This document shows, one piece after another, positions 20,496-33,933 of a stretch of DNA of 64,000 nt; within the stretch, counting starts at the first letter, position 1, and every line of letters starts with the position of its first letter. A program made the position numbers and the translations under genes. The notes under the pieces are model-generated. The model was given only the letters and a program-made list of their open reading frames with translations. It was not told where the DNA came from and ran no database searches. The stretch lies in NCBI RefSeq assembly GCF_058153355.1, contig NZ_CM177019.1, one strand, 5' to 3'.

Positions 20496-22262
20496 TTAGT
20501 AAGTACGAATCTTCGGCGGGAATGCCGGGCGCAGTTTCGGTTCCATGTTGACGCTTCGGCGCGTCATGGATTCCGACTCTGGCAGATACAGGGAGTGGCA
20601 CAGCCAGTTTTCATCATCACGATCCGGGAAGTCGAAGCGGCTATGCGCGCCACGGCTTTCGGTACGGAAGTTGGCAGAAACAGCCGTTGCATACGCCGTT
20701 TCCATCAGGTTATCCAGTTCCAGGCATTCAACGCGCTGGGTGTTGAACTCGCTGGAAGTGTCATCCAGACGGGCATTTTTCAAACGCTCGCGGATCACTT
20801 TCAACTGCTCAAGCCCTTTTGCCATCGCATCACCTTCACGGAAGACCGAGAAGTTATGCTGCATACATTCTTGCAGTGCTTTACGAATCGCCACCGGATC
20901 TTCACCATTACGGTTGTTGTTCCAGCGATTCAGACGCTCCAGAGACGCTTCAACATCAGACTCGCTGGCATCGCGCAGTGCACCCTGCTCGGCAATAGAC
21001 TCTTGCAGATGCAGGCCCGCTGCGCGACCAAAGACCACCAGATCCAGCAGCGAGTTGCCGCCAAGACGGTTAGCGCCGTGTACCGATACACAAGCGATTT
21101 CACCTACCGCGAACAGCCCCGGAACAACCACATCTTCGCCTTTCTCGTTCACCGTCAGCGCCTGACCGGTCACTTTGGTCGGAATACCGCCCATCATGTA
21201 GTGACAGGTTGGGATAACCGGAATCGGCTCTTTCACCGGATCGACGTGTGCGAAGGTACGGGAGAGTTCAAGGATACCCGGCAGACGGGATTCGAGAACT
21301 TCTTTACCCAGGTGGTCGAGTTTCAGTTTTGCATGTGGCCCCCACGGACCATCACAGCCGCGACCTTCACGGATTTCGATCATGATGGAACGCGCCACCA
21401 CGTCACGGCCCGCCAGGTCTTTGGCGTTCGGCGCATAACGCTCCATAAAGCGTTCGCCATGTTTGTTCAGCAGGTAACCGCCTTCACCACGGCAACCTTC
21501 GGTGACCAGTACGCCCGCACCTGCTATACCGGTCGGGTGGAACTGCCACATTTCCATATCCTGCACAGGTACACCTGCACGGATAGCCATGCCGACGCCA
21601 TCGCCGGTGTTAATGTGCGCGTTGGTGGTGGACTGATAAATACGCCCTGCCCCGCCGGTTGCCAGCACAGTCGCACGGGCTTTGAAGTAAACCACTTCAC
21701 CGGTTTCGATGCACAGTGCGGTACAACCAACTACCGCGCCATCCTGGTTCTTCACCAGATCCAGCGCATACCACTCGGAGAAAATGGTGGTGTGGTTTTT
21801 CAGGTTCTGCTGATAAAGCGTGTGCAACAGTGCGTGACCAGTACGGTCAGCTGCCGCCGCAGTACGTGCCGCCTGCTCGCCACCGAAGTTTTTCGACTGG
21901 CCGCCAAACGGACGTTGATAGATACGACCATCATCAAGACGCGAGAACGGTAGCCCCATGTGTTCCAGTTCCAGAATCGCTTCCGGCCCGGTTTTACACA
22001 TATATTCAATCGCGTCCTGGTCACCGATATAGTCCGACCCTTTTACGGTGTCGTACATATGCCATTCCCAGTTATCTTCATGGGTATTACCCAGCGCAAC
22101 AGTAATGCCGCCTTGCGCAGAAACGGTATGGGAACGGGTCGGGAAGACTTTGGAGAGCAGCGCACAGGTTTGGCCGCTCTGGGAAATTTGCAGCGCCGCG
22201 CGCATACCTGCGCCACCGGCACCAATCACAACTGCATCAAATTCTCTGACTGGCAATTTCAT
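20496..22262 (-). CDS. sdhA: Succinate dehydrogenase flavoprotein subunit
   Basis: Start placed at [19 protein letters not shown] (FAD-binding motif); the ORF track extends 4 codons further upstream. Confidence 0.97.
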   Translation of the reverse strand: MKLPVREFDAVVIGAGGAGMRAALQISQSGQTCALLSKVFPTRSHTVSAQGGITVALGNTHEDNWEWHMYDTVKGSDYIGDQDAIEYMCKTGPEAILELEHMGLPFSRLDDGRIYQRPFGGQSKNFGGEQAARTAAAADRTGHALLHTLYQQNLKNHTTIFSEWYALDLVKNQDGAVVGCTALCIETGEVVYFKARATVLATGGAGRIYQSTTNAHINTGDGVGMAIRAGVPVQDMEMWQFHPTGIAGAGVLVTEGCRGEGGYLLNKHGERFMERYAPNAKDLAGRDVVARSIMIEIREGRGCDGPWGPHAKLKLDHLGKEVLESRLPGILELSRTFAHVDPVKEPIPVIPTCHYMMGGIPTKVTGQALTVNEKGEDVVVPGLFAVGEIACVSVHGANRLGGNSLLDLVVFGRAAGLHLQESIAEQGALRDASESDVEASLERLNRWNNNRNGEDPVAIRKALQECMQHNFSVFREGDAMAKGLEQLKVIRERLKNARLDDTSSEFNTQRVECLELDNLMETAYATAVSANFRTESRGAHSRFDFPDRDDENWLCHSLYLPESESMTRRSVNMEPKLRPAFPPKIRTY

Positions 22263-22609
22263 CACACACCCCACACCACAACGAATCCATAAATCACGTA
22301 AACCACCAGTGCAACGACAATCACCAGTTGCAGCATCAGGCGCAAGGCCAGCGGTTTAACGTAGTCGGTCAACACCTGCCACATGCCGATCCAGGCATGG
22401 ATCAAGATAGAAAACAGCGCCAGCAGGGTGAACACTTTGGTGAACGCAGAGGCGAAGAAACCAATCCAGACTTCATATGTCAGCTCGCCACTGGTAGCGA
22501 AAAAACCGACCATATAAATGATGTAAAGCGTCAGGACGATAGCGGTAGCGCGAACGAGGATGAAATCATGTACGCCATTGCGTCCTAATGCGGAGGCGTT
22601 GCTTACCAT
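22262..22609 (-). CDS. sdhD: Succinate dehydrogenase membrane anchor subunit
   Basis: 115-aa hydrophobic protein. Confidence 0.95.
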
Positions 22610-22992
22610 ACGAGGACTCCTGCGAGAAGTGAAAGCACGACAGTAATAACAAAGGAGATTTTGGCGGAGCGTTTACCCGCTTCGAATGTTTCTTCCAGAT
22701 AGCCAAAATCCATCATCATGTGGCGAATACCTACGACGACGTGATATGCCAGAGCGGTAAGAATGCCCCACATGATAAATTTGACGAAGAAGCTGCCCAT
22801 AATCGCGGAAGCTTGCTCGAAACCTTCAGGGGAAGAGAGGCTGGTACCCAGAAGCCACAGCAGGATGCCCACTGCAACAAAGGTGATCACACCGGAAACG
22901 CGATGGAGAATGGACGCTATCGCCGTGACGGGGAACCGGATGGTCTGTAGGTCCAGATTAACAGGTCTTTGTTTTTTCACATTTCTTATCAT
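22603..22992 (-). CDS. sdhC: Succinate dehydrogenase cytochrome b556 subunit
   Basis: Start placed at [15 protein letters not shown], giving 129 aa. Confidence 0.95.
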
Positions 22993-23701
22993 GAATAACG
23001 CCCACATGCTGTTCTTATTATTCCCTTTGGACTACAGGCACAGATGTTAATGTTCTGTTACCAGGAGACATTGGGATTTCCTTTCTCCGGTCTGCTTGCG
23101 GGTCAGACAGCGTCCTTATCTATAACCACGAGTCATATAAAACACTGCTTCCAGATGTTAAAACGACACGCCAAAACGCTGGGTGGCTCGGGATTGCAGG
23201 GGATTCCGAAGACCTGGCGGCAGTATAGGCTGTTCACAAAATCATTACAATTAACCTACATATAGTTTGTCGGGTTTTATCCCGAACAGTGATCTGGGTC
23301 ACGATAACAACATTTATTTAATTTTTAATCATCTAATTTGACAATCATTCAACAAAGTTGTTACAAACATCACTAGGAAAAGCATATAATGCGTAAAAGT
23401 TATGAAGTCAGTATTTCACCTAAGATTAACTTATGTAACAGTGTGGAAGTATTGACCAATTCATTCGGGACAGTTATTAGTGGTAGACAAGTTTAATAAT
23501 TCGGATTGCTAAGTACTTGATTCGCCATTTATTCGTCATCAATGGATCCTTTACCTGCAAGCGCCCAGAGCTCTGTACCCAGGTTTTCCCCTCTTTCACA
23601 GAGCGGCGAGCCAAATAACAAACGGGTAAAGCCAGGTTGATGTGCGAAGGCAAATTTAAGTTCCGGCAGTCTTACGCAATAAGGCGCTAAGGAGACCTTA
23701 A
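22993..23701. promoter_or_regulatory. Divergent gltA / sdhCDAB-sucABCD promoter region
   Basis: About 700-bp AT-rich intergenic region between divergent gltA and sdhC. Individual regulator sites were not mapped. Confidence 0.7.
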
Positions 23702-24985
23702 ATGGCTGATACAAAAGCAAAACTCACCCTCAACGGGGATACAGCTGTTGAACTGGATGTGCTGAAAGGCACGCTGGGTCAAGACGTTATTGATATCCGT
23801 ACTCTCGGTTCAAAAGGTGTGTTCACCTTTGACCCAGGCTTCACTTCAACCGCATCCTGCGAATCTAAAATTACTTTTATTGATGGTGATGAAGGTATTT
23901 TGCTGCACCGCGGTTTCCCGATCGATCAGCTGGCGACCGATTCTAACTACCTGGAAGTTTGTTACATCCTGCTGAATGGTGAAAAACCAACTCAGGAACA
24001 GTATGACGAATTTAAAACGACGGTGACCCGTCATACCATGATCCACGAGCAGATTACCCGTCTGTTCCATGCTTTCCGTCGTGACTCGCACCCTATGGCA
24101 GTCATGTGTGGTATTACCGGCGCGCTGGCGGCGTTCTATCACGACTCGCTGGATGTTAACAATCCTCGTCATCGTGAAATTGCCGCGTTCCGCCTGCTGT
24201 CAAAAATGCCGACCATGGCCGCGATGTGTTACAAGTATTCCATTGGTCAGCCATTCGTTTACCCGCGCAACGATCTCTCCTATGCCGGTAACTTCCTGAA
24301 TATGATGTTCTCCACGCCGTGCGAACCGTATGAAGTCAACCCGATTCTGGAACGTGCTATGGACCGTATTCTGATCCTGCACGCTGACCATGAACAGAAC
24401 GCCTCTACCTCCACCGTGCGTACCGCTGGCTCTTCGGGGGCGAACCCGTTTGCCTGTATCGCAGCAGGTATTGCTTCACTGTGGGGACCTGCGCACGGTG
24501 GTGCTAACGAAGCAGCGCTGAAAATGCTGGAAGAAATCAGCTCCGTTAAACACATTCCGGAATTTGTTCGTCGTGCGAAAGACAAGAATGACTCTTTCCG
24601 CCTGATGGGCTTCGGTCACCGCGTGTACAAAAACTACGACCCGCGCGCCACCGTCATGCGTGAAACCTGCCACGAAGTCCTGAAAGAGCTGGGCACGAAG
24701 GATGACCTGCTGGAAGTAGCTATGGAGCTGGAAAATATCGCGCTGAACGATCCGTACTTTATTGAGAAAAAACTGTACCCTAACGTCGATTTCTACTCTG
24801 GTATCATCCTGAAAGCGATGGGTATTCCGTCTTCCATGTTCACCGTCATATTCGCTATGGCACGTACAGTTGGCTGGATCGCCCACTGGAGCGAAATGCA
24901 CAGTGACGGCATGAAGATTGCCCGTCCACGTCAGCTGTATACCGGCTATGAAAAACGCGATTTTAAAAGCGACATCAAACGTTAA
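23702..24985 (+). CDS. gltA: Citrate synthase
   Basis: 427-aa ORF starting [36 protein letters not shown]. Confidence 0.98.
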   Translation: MADTKAKLTLNGDTAVELDVLKGTLGQDVIDIRTLGSKGVFTFDPGFTSTASCESKITFIDGDEGILLHRGFPIDQLATDSNYLEVCYILLNGEKPTQEQYDEFKTTVTRHTMIHEQITRLFHAFRRDSHPMAVMCGITGALAAFYHDSLDVNNPRHREIAAFRLLSKMPTMAAMCYKYSIGQPFVYPRNDLSYAGNFLNMMFSTPCEPYEVNPILERAMDRILILHADHEQNASTSTVRTAGSSGANPFACIAAGIASLWGPAHGGANEAALKMLEEISSVKHIPEFVRRAKDKNDSFRLMGFGHRVYKNYDPRATVMRETCHEVLKELGTKDDLLEVAMELENIALNDPYFIEKKLYPNVDFYSGIILKAMGIPSSMFTVIFAMARTVGWIAHWSEMHSDGMKIARPRQLYTGYEKRDFKSDIKR

Positions 24986-25014
24986 CTGCTGATTCCTAAG
25001 CAGTAAATTCTGTT

Positions 25015-25045
25015 AACCCGCCTTTAAAAGGCGGGTTAATTTTTA
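25015..25045 (+). terminator. gltA intrinsic terminator
   Basis: Hairpin aacccgcc-tttaaaa-ggcgggtt followed by a T-run. Confidence 0.75.
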
Positions 25046-25376
25046 TCTACCTGAACACAAAAAAATGTAAAAATAAAATTAATTAACCGGCTGACATTAA
25101 TATTGCAAAATAATAGAATTGTTCATTTTATCGGCAAAATAATAAGTTTTAATTAAGGTATCTGCTTTTAGTTACATTTATAACCTCATGAAAATGAGGT
25201 ATATCTCTCTCATTCCCCCGATAACATTCATTAAATTATTAATTCATCACATCAATTAGTTAACCTTGCATTTAATATAATTAATAATATTTTTAAGTAA
25301 AACTAAAAACATTCGACAATCAAATAAGATATTCTGATATCGCTATACTTTTTCTATTTCTGTAAAGGACTCAGTT

Positions 25377-25943
25377 ATGTTTAAAGGACAAAAAACATTG
25401 GCCGCATTGGCCGTATCTCTGTTATTCACTGCACCGGTTTATGCAGCTGATGAAGGTTCTGGTGAAATTCACTTTAAAGGTGAGGTTATAGAAGCACCAT
25501 GTGAAATACATCATGATGATATTGATAAAGAAATTGAGCTAGGTCAGGTGACCACCAGCCACATTAATCAGTCTCATCACAGCGATGCGGTTGCTGTCGA
25601 CCTGCGTTTAATCAACTGCGACCTGGAAAACTCTAATAACGGTTCCGGTGGCAAGATTTCTAAAGTCGCGGTCACCTTCGATAGCTCAGCGAAAACCACT
25701 GGCGCAGATCCGATACTCAACAATACCAGCACTGGCGAAGCCACCGGTGTCGGCGTGCGTTTAATGAATAAGGATCAAAGCAATATCATTTTAGGCACTG
25801 CTTCTCCGGATATCGACCTCGCACCAACGTCCAGTGAACAAACACTGAACTTCTTTGCCTGGATGGAACAAATTGATCAAGCGACACCAGTAACGGCAGG
25901 GGCTGTTACAGCGAATGCAACCTACGTACTGGATTATAAATAA
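25377..25943 (+). CDS. ybgD: Fimbrial subunit (chaperone-usher pilus)
   Basis: 188-aa ORF with signal peptide and fimbrin-like sequence. Confidence 0.9.
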   Translation: MFKGQKTLAALAVSLLFTAPVYAADEGSGEIHFKGEVIEAPCEIHHDDIDKEIELGQVTTSHINQSHHSDAVAVDLRLINCDLENSNNGSGGKISKVAVTFDSSAKTTGADPILNNTSTGEATGVGVRLMNKDQSNIILGTASPDIDLAPTSSEQTLNFFAWMEQIDQATPVTAGAVTANATYVLDYK

Positions 25944-25992
25944 GCGTTATTGGGCGGCATCACTGCCGCCTTTCTTAAAATATTTATCTGGT

Positions 25993-28452
25993 ATGGACAC
26001 CGTGAATATTTATCGACTCTCTTTTGTATCCTGCCTGGTCATGGCGATGCCTTCCGCCATGGCGGTTGAATTCAACCTGAATGTCCTCGACAAATCGATG
26101 CGTGAGCGCATTGATATTTCATTATTAAAGGAAAAAGGTGTCATTGCTCCCGGTGAATATTTTGTCAGCATTGCGGTAAATAATAACCAAATCAGTAATG
26201 GGCAAAAAATTAACTGGCAAAAAAAGGGTGACAATACCATTCCGTGCATCAATGATTTATTGGTCGATAAATTTGGCTTAAAACCTGAAGTCCGTCAGTC
26301 GTTACCCCTGATTAATCAGTGCGTCGATTTTAGCTCCCGACCAGAAATGCTCTTCAATTTTGATCAGGCCAGTCAGCAACTGAATATCACCATCCCACAG
26401 GCCTGGCTGGCGTGGCACTCAGATAACTGGACTCCACCCTCCACATGGAAAGAAGGTGTCCCCGGTGTCCTGATGGATTACAACTTGTTTGCCAGCAGCT
26501 ACCGCCCACAGGATGGCAGCAGCAGCACTAATCTTAACGCCTACGGAACAGCCGGAATTAACGCGGGGGCATGGCGCTTACGCAGTGACTATCAGTTGAA
26601 TCAAAATGATGGCGATGATAACCATGAGCAGTCAGGCGAAATATCACGTACCTATCTTTTTCGCCCGCTACCGCAATTAGGTTCAAAATTAACCCTCGGC
26701 GAAACGGATTTTAGTTCCAATATTTTCGACGGTTTTTCTTATACCGGCGCGGCACTGGCGAGTGACGACCGGATGTTACCGTGGGAACTGCGCGGCTACG
26801 CTCCACAAATTAGCGGTATTGCACAAACCAATGCCACGGTGACGATCAGTCAATCAGGCCGCGTCATCTACCAGAAAAAAGTCCCGCCAGGCCCGTTTAT
26901 CATTGATGATCTGAATCAGTCCGTCCAGGGGACGCTGGATGTCAAAGTGACGGAAGAAGATGGTCGGGTGAACAATTTCCAGGTTTCGGCAGCATCGACG
27001 CCTTTCCTTACGCGCCAGGGGCAGGTTCGCTATAAACTTGCTGCCGGTCAGCCGCGAACATCTATGTCTCATCAAACTGAAAATGAAACCTTTTTTAGCA
27101 ATGAAGTTTCCTGGGGGATGCTGTCAAATACCTCGCTGTACGGCGGCCTGCTGATTTCGGGTGACGACTACCATTCTGCCGCAATGGGTATCGGGCAAAA
27201 TATGCTCTGGCTTGGTGCATTGTCGTTTGATGTCACCTGGGCCAGTAGTCAGTTTGATACTCAGCAGGACGAGCGGGGCTTAAGTTACCGCTTTAATTAC
27301 AGCAAACAAGTGGATGCCACTAACAGCACGATTTCGCTCGCCGCTTATCGCTTCTCAGATCGTCATTTTCACAGCTACGCCAACTATCTGGATCACAAAT
27401 ACAACGACAACGATGCGCAGGACGAAAAACAGACGATCAGCTTATCCGTGGGGCAACCGATTACCCCACTGAACCTCAATCTGTACGCCAACCTGCTGCA
27501 TCAAACCTGGTGGAATGCAGACGCCTCCACGACCGCCAACATCACGGCGGGTTTTAATGTTGATATTGGTAACTGGAGAGATATCTCGATCTCGACGTCA
27601 TTCAATACAACCCATTACGAAGATAAAGATCGCGACAACCAGATTTACCTGTCGATTTCGCTTCCCTTCGGTAACGGTGGTCGGGTCGGTTATGACATGC
27701 AAAACAGTAGCCACAGCACCACACACCGCATGTCGTGGAACGATACGCTGGATGAACGAAATAGCTGGGGGATGTCTGCTGGACTACAATCCGACCGTCC
27801 GGACAATGGAGCCCAGGTGAGCGGTAACTATCAGCACCTGAGTACAGCGGGTGAGTGGGATCTTTCTGGTACTTATGCTGCCAATGACTACAGTTCTGTT
27901 AGCAGCAGCTGGAGTGGTTCTTTCACGGCGACGCAATATGGTGCAGCCTTCCATCGCCGCAGCTCCACCAATGAACCACGCCTGATGGTCAGCACCGATG
28001 GCGTGGCAGATATTCCGGTTCAGGGCAATCTCGACTACACCAACCATTTTGGCATTGCAGTGGTACCGCTGGTTTCCAGTTATCAACCTTCCACCGTGGC
28101 CGTGAACATGAACGACTTACCCGACGGCGTGACGGTGACAGAAAACGTCATCAAAGAAACGTGGATTGAAGGCGCAATAGGTTACAAATCACTGGCATCC
28201 CGTTCCGGTAAAGACATTAACGTCATCATTCGCAACGCCAGCGGTCAGTTCCCTCCCCTCGGTGCGGATATCCGTCAGGATGGCAGCAGCATTAGCGTGG
28301 GGATGGTTGGCGAGGAAGGACACGCCTGGTTAAGCGGAGTCGCTGAAAATCAAAAGTTTACCGTGATCTGGGGTGATAGTCAGCGTTGCTCGATCCATCT
28401 TCCTGAACATATGGAAGACACCGCAAATCGCCTGATTTTACCTTGTCATTAA
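25993..28452 (+). CDS. ybgQ: Fimbrial outer-membrane usher
   Basis: About 820-aa usher-family protein. Start is uncertain: ATG at 25993 or GTG at 26002. Confidence 0.9.
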   Translation: MDTVNIYRLSFVSCLVMAMPSAMAVEFNLNVLDKSMRERIDISLLKEKGVIAPGEYFVSIAVNNNQISNGQKINWQKKGDNTIPCINDLLVDKFGLKPEVRQSLPLINQCVDFSSRPEMLFNFDQASQQLNITIPQAWLAWHSDNWTPPSTWKEGVPGVLMDYNLFASSYRPQDGSSSTNLNAYGTAGINAGAWRLRSDYQLNQNDGDDNHEQSGEISRTYLFRPLPQLGSKLTLGETDFSSNIFDGFSYTGAALASDDRMLPWELRGYAPQISGIAQTNATVTISQSGRVIYQKKVPPGPFIIDDLNQSVQGTLDVKVTEEDGRVNNFQVSAASTPFLTRQGQVRYKLAAGQPRTSMSHQTENETFFSNEVSWGMLSNTSLYGGLLISGDDYHSAAMGIGQNMLWLGALSFDVTWASSQFDTQQDERGLSYRFNYSKQVDATNSTISLAAYRFSDRHFHSYANYLDHKYNDNDAQDEKQTISLSVGQPITPLNLNLYANLLHQTWWNADASTTANITAGFNVDIGNWRDISISTSFNTTHYEDKDRDNQIYLSISLPFGNGGRVGYDMQNSSHSTTHRMSWNDTLDERNSWGMSAGLQSDRPDNGAQVSGNYQHLSTAGEWDLSGTYAANDYSSVSSSWSGSFTATQYGAAFHRRSSTNEPRLMVSTDGVADIPVQGNLDYTNHFGIAVVPLVSSYQPSTVAVNMNDLPDGVTVTENVIKETWIEGAIGYKSLASRSGKDINVIIRNASGQFPPLGADIRQDGSSISVGMVGEEGHAWLSGVAENQKFTVIWGDSQRCSIHLPEHMEDTANRLILPCH

Positions 28453-28466
28453 TTAAGGAAATGAAA

Positions 28467-29198
28467 ATGACATTTATGAAAGGACTTCCCCTTTTGTTGT
28501 TGGTTACCAGTCTGTGTAGCCACGCTGCACTACAACCCGACCGCACTCGCATTGTGTTTAACGCTAATGATAAAGCTACCAGTCTGCGAGTAGATAATCG
28601 TAGCGATAAACTCCCCTACCTCGCTTATTCCTGGCTCGAAAATGAAAAAGGGGAGAAAAGCGACGATCTTCTGGTCGCCCTGCCACCGATACAACGTCTG
28701 GAACCGAAAGCAACAACGCAGGTGCGGATAGTCAAGCAAGCCTCGACCGCGAAATTACCGGGCGATCGCGAAACGCTATTTTTCTACAATATGCGTGAAA
28801 TTCCTCCCGCCCCGGAAAAAAACAGCGACCATGCCGTTCTGCAAGTCGCCATCCAGAGCCGTATCAAGGTGTTCTGGCGACCGTCTGCATTACGCAAGAA
28901 AACAGGAGAAAAGGTCGAACTGCAGTTACAGGTCAGCCAGCAGGGCAATCAGCTTAGCTTAAAAAACCCTACTGGCTATTATCTGACCATCGCGTATCTT
29001 GGGCGAAATGAGCAAAGCGTTCTCCCGGGCTTCAAAACTGTGATGATTGCGCCTTTTAGTACAGTAAGCACAACCACTGGAAATTATAGTGGCAGCCAGT
29101 TTTATCTCGGTTATATGGATGATTATGGCGCATTACGCATGACAACGCTCAACTGTAACGGGCAATGCCGTTTACAGGCTGTGGAGGCGAAGAAATGA
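28467..29198 (+). CDS. ybgP: Fimbrial periplasmic chaperone
   Basis: PapD-like chaperone; start placed at [12 protein letters not shown] (signal peptide). Confidence 0.9.
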   Translation: MTFMKGLPLLLLVTSLCSHAALQPDRTRIVFNANDKATSLRVDNRSDKLPYLAYSWLENEKGEKSDDLLVALPPIQRLEPKATTQVRIVKQASTAKLPGDRETLFFYNMREIPPAPEKNSDHAVLQVAIQSRIKVFWRPSALRKKTGEKVELQLQVSQQGNQLSLKNPTGYYLTIAYLGRNEQSVLPGFKTVMIAPFSTVSTTTGNYSGSQFYLGYMDDYGALRMTTLNCNGQCRLQAVEAKK

Positions 29199-30256
29199 GT
29201 GCTGGCAAGGGATTGTTGCTCATCATCTGTCTGTTATTTCTACCGTTAAAATCTGCGCTTGCCCTGAACTGTTACTTTGGTTCATCCGGTGGTTCGGTAG
29301 AAAAATCGGAATCTATTCAACCATTTGCTGTACCAGGGAATGCCAAACCCGGCGATAAGATCTGGGAGTCTGACGATATTAAAATTCCCGTCTATTGTGA
29401 CAACAATACCAACGGCAACTTTGAGAGCGAGCATGTCTACGCCTGGGTAAACCCGTACCCGGGAATTCAGGATCGCTATTATCAACTCGGCGTAACTTAC
29501 AATGGTGTTGATTATGATGCTAACCAGGGAAAAAGCCGCATCGACACTAACCAGTGCATCGACAGCAAAAACATTAATATTTATACCCCTGAGCAGATCA
29601 TCGCGATGGGATGGCAGAACAAAATTTGCTCTGGTGATCCCAATAATATTCATATGTCGCGTACGTTTCTCGCTCGCATGCGGTTATACGTCAAGATACG
29701 AGAGATACCGCCGCATGATTATCAAAGCACGCTCAGCGATTACATTGTGGTGCAATTTGATGGCGAAGGAAGCGTTAATGAGGACCCAACCGCCCAAAAC
29801 CTGAAATATCATATTACCGGTCTGGAAAACATTCGGGTATTGGATTGCAGCGTCAATTTTTCTATTACCCCAGCCAACCAGGTCATTGATTTTGGTAAAT
29901 TTAATGTACTGGATATCCGGCGACACAACATGACAAAAACATTCGGTATTAAAACGACAAAATCACAAAACGATCAATGTACCGACGGATTCAAAGTCAG
30001 CTCCTCGTTTTATACCGAAGAAACGTTGGTTGAAGAAGATAAAGCATTGCTGATTGGTAATGGTCTGAAGCTACGTTTACTGGATGAAAACGCCTCGCCC
30101 TATACCTTCAACAAATACAGCGAATATGCCGACTTCACCAGTGACATGCTGATCTACGAAAAAACCTATACGGCTGAACTTTCGTCTATTCCCGGCACTC
30201 CCATTGAGGCTGGCTCCTTCGATACCGTGGTGCTTTTTAAGATTAACTATAACTAA
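29195..30256 (+). CDS. ybgO: Fimbrial adhesin-like subunit
   Basis: 353-aa ORF with signal peptide, last gene of the ybgDQPO operon. Start overlaps the ybgP stop. Confidence 0.85.
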   Translation: MSAGKGLLLIICLLFLPLKSALALNCYFGSSGGSVEKSESIQPFAVPGNAKPGDKIWESDDIKIPVYCDNNTNGNFESEHVYAWVNPYPGIQDRYYQLGVTYNGVDYDANQGKSRIDTNQCIDSKNINIYTPEQIIAMGWQNKICSGDPNNIHMSRTFLARMRLYVKIREIPPHDYQSTLSDYIVVQFDGEGSVNEDPTAQNLKYHITGLENIRVLDCSVNFSITPANQVIDFGKFNVLDIRRHNMTKTFGIKTTKSQNDQCTDGFKVSSSFYTEETLVEEDKALLIGNGLKLRLLDENASPYTFNKYSEYADFTSDMLIYEKTYTAELSSIPGTPIEAGSFDTVVLFKINYN

Positions 30257-30265
30257 TTTCCCATG

Positions 30266-30298
30266 ATGCCCTTTGCAACCGAAAGGGCATCTCTTTCA
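30266..30298 (+). terminator. ybgO intrinsic terminator
   Basis: Hairpin atgcccttt-gcaaccg-aaagggcat followed by a T-rich tract. Confidence 0.6.
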
Positions 30299-30406
30299 GA
30301 AAATTGCTGATTTTCCCCTTTTCCTTGATTGCTGTTATTTTTTCCTGGCCCGGCTTTCTTTATGCTGTATCGATACACCAAAGAGAAAATAATGAGGAAG
30401 CGAAGG

Positions 30407-31453
30407 ATGCCAGTTTTGCAGTGGGGAATGTTATGTGTGCTTTCACTTCTCCTTTCTATTGGCTTCCTCGCGGTACATCTTCCGGCGGCACTATTACTTG
30501 GGCCAATGATCGCCGGAATCATCTTTAGTATGCGCGGAATTACTCTGCAACTTCCCCGATCCGCTTTTCTCGCCGCGCAGGCCATTCTTGGCTGCATGAT
30601 TGCGCAAAACCTGACCGGTTCGATCCTGACCACGCTAGCGGTGAACTGGCCGATTGTGTTAGCTATTTTACTGGTGACGTTACTTTCCAGCGCCGTCGTG
30701 GGTTGGTTATTGGTGCGCTATAGCTCACTGCCTGGAAATACCGGTGCCTGGGGTTCTTCTCCTGGCGGCGCGGCGGCAATGGTCGCTATGGCGCAAGATT
30801 ACGGCGCAGATATTCGCCTGGTGGCATTTATGCAATATCTGCGAGTGCTGTTCGTCGCGGGGGCCGCTGTTCTGGTCACCCGCATGATGCTGGGCGATAA
30901 CGCTGAAGCGGTTAACCAGCAGATCGTCTGGTTCCCGCCAGTGAGCATTAATCTCCTGCTTACGATTTTGCTCGCGGTCGCTGCCGGTACGGCGGGATGC
31001 TTGCTACGTCTTCCTTCCGGCACGATGCTCATCCCGATGCTGGCGGGCGCGCTGCTCCAGTCTGGTGAGTACATAACCATCGAACTACCGGAATGGCTTC
31101 TGGCGATAGCCTATATGGCAATTGGCTGGCGGATTGGTCTTGGTTTCGATAAACAAATATTACTGCGAGCATTGCGTCCACTGCCACAAATCCTGCTGTC
31201 GATTTTTGCTCTGCTGGCTATTTGTGCGGGTATGGCGTGGGGGCTGACCCGGTTTATGCATATTGATTTTATGACTGCCTACCTCGCCACCAGTCCCGGC
31301 GGGCTTGATACCGTGGCGGTCATCGCCGCAGGGAGCAATGCCGATATGGCGCTTATTATGGCGATGCAAACCCTACGCCTGTTCAGTATTTTGCTGACGG
31401 GGCCAGCCATTGCGCGGTTTATTTCAACCTATGCGCCGAAGCGGTCGGCCTAG
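30407..31453 (+). CDS. abrB: AbrB-family membrane protein (putative regulator/transporter)
   Basis: Start placed at [11 protein letters not shown], giving 348 aa; highly hydrophobic. Confidence 0.9.
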   Translation: MPVLQWGMLCVLSLLLSIGFLAVHLPAALLLGPMIAGIIFSMRGITLQLPRSAFLAAQAILGCMIAQNLTGSILTTLAVNWPIVLAILLVTLLSSAVVGWLLVRYSSLPGNTGAWGSSPGGAAAMVAMAQDYGADIRLVAFMQYLRVLFVAGAAVLVTRMMLGDNAEAVNQQIVWFPPVSINLLLTILLAVAAGTAGCLLRLPSGTMLIPMLAGALLQSGEYITIELPEWLLAIAYMAIGWRIGLGFDKQILLRALRPLPQILLSIFALLAICAGMAWGLTRFMHIDFMTAYLATSPGGLDTVAVIAAGSNADMALIMAMQTLRLFSILLTGPAIARFISTYAPKRSA

Positions 31454-32241
31454 TGCTGGCAGCCTGGACACCAGTAAAACGGGCGCGAGGACAACGTGGT
31501 TTTCTCAATGATGCTGCCACAACGTTCGCACGGTTCGCCATCACGATGAAAAACCTTAAAGCGAAACAGCGCCCCATGATGTTTATTCTCATCCACCTGC
31601 CCCCGCGTAGCGTAAGAAAGTCGAGGAATCTCCAGTAACGCGTGTGCGAGTGCATCCAGTTGCGCCGCATTGAGATCTTTCGCTTTATGATTGCCGGTTA
31701 ACCCCACCTGCCAGAGGATCTCCACCCGCAAATAATTGCCAAGCCCAGCCAGAAACGCCTGATCGAGTAGTAATCCAGCAAACTGACGGTTACGAAAGCG
31801 CGGCGACAATAACCGTTCTTTCACCATTTCCGGCGTCAGATTCGGGTCGAGTACATCGGGGCCAACGCGTTGTAAAAACGGATGCGTGGTCAGTTGTTCC
31901 GGAGTCAACATCTCAATATCCGAGGCGCTATAAAGTAGAATGGTTTTGTCGACAGTTTGCAGTTTTACCCGCAATACTCGCGTGGTCTGCGGCTCTTCGC
32001 CGGTATCAACCACGCGCCAGACGCCGTAAAGCTGATTATGGCTGTAGAGCGTTAACCCGTTGGAAAAATGAGTTAACAACGCCTTACCTCGCGTTTCCAC
32101 ATGGGTAACGTGTTGACCGATAAGTTGTGATTGATAAGGTTTTAACTGCGGGAAGGCAAACCAGACATCAGTTAGAGGTTTGCCTTTGATCGCCGCCTCC
32201 AGGTTATCCGCTGCACGGCGGATCTCCGGGCCTTCAGGCAT
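31450..32241 (-). CDS. nei: Endonuclease VIII (DNA glycosylase/AP lyase)
   Basis: 263-aa ORF with the [10 protein letters not shown]-terminus typical of the Fpg/Nei family and a C-terminal zinc finger (CERCG..CPGCQ). Confidence 0.95.
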   Translation of the reverse strand: MPEGPEIRRAADNLEAAIKGKPLTDVWFAFPQLKPYQSQLIGQHVTHVETRGKALLTHFSNGLTLYSHNQLYGVWRVVDTGEEPQTTRVLRVKLQTVDKTILLYSASDIEMLTPEQLTTHPFLQRVGPDVLDPNLTPEMVKERLLSPRFRNRQFAGLLLDQAFLAGLGNYLRVEILWQVGLTGNHKAKDLNAAQLDALAHALLEIPRLSYATRGQVDENKHHGALFRFKVFHRDGEPCERCGSIIEKTTLSSRPFYWCPGCQH

Positions 32242-32276
32242 GGTGATATCCTTTTTTCATTCTTTATTAAGCGGGG

Positions 32277-33011
32277 TTATGCTGCGACAACAATCCCCTT
32301 TTCGGCAAATGTAGAGCGTAGTCGGCGGGCGAACGCCAGTGCGTGTTCTCCATCGCCATGCAGGCAGACCGTTTGCGCCGTGACCGTTGCCCATTCGCCG
32401 TTGATACTTTTGACTCTGCCGTGTTGCACCATCTCCAGCGTCTGCGCCAGCGCCTGTTCTTCGTTTTCAATCAACGCGCCAGGCTGACTTCGCGGTACCA
32501 GTGAGCCGTCAGCCTGATATCCGCGATCGGCAAATACTTCCTCGCGCGTTGTCAGGCCATATTGCTTGCCTGCACGAATCAGCTCGCTTCCCGCCAGCCC
32601 AACGAGAATCAACGCCGGATCGCAAGCGTAAACTGCTCTGGCAATGGCGTCTGCCAGTTGTGCCTCTTTCGCCGCCTGGTTGTATAACATGCCGTGCGGT
32701 TTGACGTGACGCATCACGCCGCCTTGCGCGCGAGCAATAGCGGCCAGCGCACCAATTTGATACAGCGTTTGGGCGTAAACGGTTTCCGGCGGCAATTGCA
32801 TGGCGCTACGGCCAAAATGTTCCCTGTCCGGAAAGCTCGGGTGAGCGCCAATGGCGACACCATTTTGTATGGCGTCACGCACACAAGCCTGCATGGTTTG
32901 TGCATCGCCTGCATGAAATCCACAGGCAATATTGGCTGAGGAAACCAGCGTTAATAGCTCTGCATCACTCGCGCAGCCTTCGCCCAGATCGGCGTTCAGG
33001 TCAATTTTCAT
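32277..33011 (-). CDS. pxpA: 5-Oxoprolinase subunit A (LamB/YcsF family)
   Basis: 244-aa ORF starting [12 protein letters not shown] (ybgL). Confidence 0.92.
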   Translation of the reverse strand: MKIDLNADLGEGCASDAELLTLVSSANIACGFHAGDAQTMQACVRDAIQNGVAIGAHPSFPDREHFGRSAMQLPPETVYAQTLYQIGALAAIARAQGGVMRHVKPHGMLYNQAAKEAQLADAIARAVYACDPALILVGLAGSELIRAGKQYGLTTREEVFADRGYQADGSLVPRSQPGALIENEEQALAQTLEMVQHGRVKSINGEWATVTAQTVCLHGDGEHALAFARRLRSTFAEKGIVVAA

Positions 33012-33933
33012 TGTGCAGCCGCCACGCTAATTGTTCGAAATAACGTTGCTGATCTTGCCGCGCTTTCAGTGCCTCTTCCAGTGAACACTGGACAAAATGA
33101 ATCGGCTGACCGAGCGGAATTTGCGCCAGATGATACATATCAGCCTCAATGATACAGGCAATACGCGGGTACCCACCGGTGGTTTGCGCGTCGTTCATCA
33201 ACACAATCGGCTGCCCGTTATGCGGCACCTGCACCACGCCCGGCAACAAACCATGAGATAACAGTTCGCGATCGGTGGTGCGTTTTAAAATTTGCCCCTG
33301 TAAGCGATAACCCATGCGGTTACTTTGCGGGCTAAGTTGCCAGGGCGAACGCCAGAATGCATCCTGCGAGGCACGATCGAACTCATGATATTCCGGCCCT
33401 GGCAAGGCGCGAATGCGGTTGCCCCACAGCAGCTGTTTAACGCCCTGCGCTTCCATAAAATCACGCTTCGATTTACCCATCGGGAGTCGGTCACCATCCT
33501 TCAGTAAACGGCCTTCCAGCCCACCAATCCCCACTTTGAGATCGGTACTGCATGACCCCATTACCGGCGGAACATCAATACCACCCGCGACCGCCAGATA
33601 ACTGCGCATCCCGTGCTGCGGGCGTTTAAGCGTTAAACGCTGGCCTGCTTTCATCGGCAATCGCCAGCCAGTCCAGACGGCATTATCATCCAGCCGCGCT
33701 TCGCAACCTGCCCCCGTCAGGGCAAACCAACCATCAGTTTCGAACTCTACCGTTAACTGACCGAGCGTGATTTCCAGCGCCGGAGCGTTGGCATCATTAC
33801 CCACCAGCAGGTTAGCAATGCGTAACGCAGGCATATCCAGTGCGCCGCAGTGGCTGATACCCGACTGGCGAAAACCGTGACGACCGCCATCCTGCACAGT
33901 AGTATACATGCCCGCACGAATAATCTTCAGCAT
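33001..33933 (-). CDS. pxpC: 5-Oxoprolinase subunit C
   Basis: 310-aa ORF (ybgK), overlapping its neighbours in the operon. Confidence 0.92.

Noticed and set aside
30329-30406. N-terminal extensions offered by the ORF track (abrB here; likewise kdpA from 46880, kdpD from 51309, pgm to 62238, seqA to 62836, ybgA to 39113, sdhC to 23007)
   Set aside because: The extensions overlap upstream genes or lack ribosome-binding sites; internal ATG/GTG starts reproduce the known protein N-termini and lengths.
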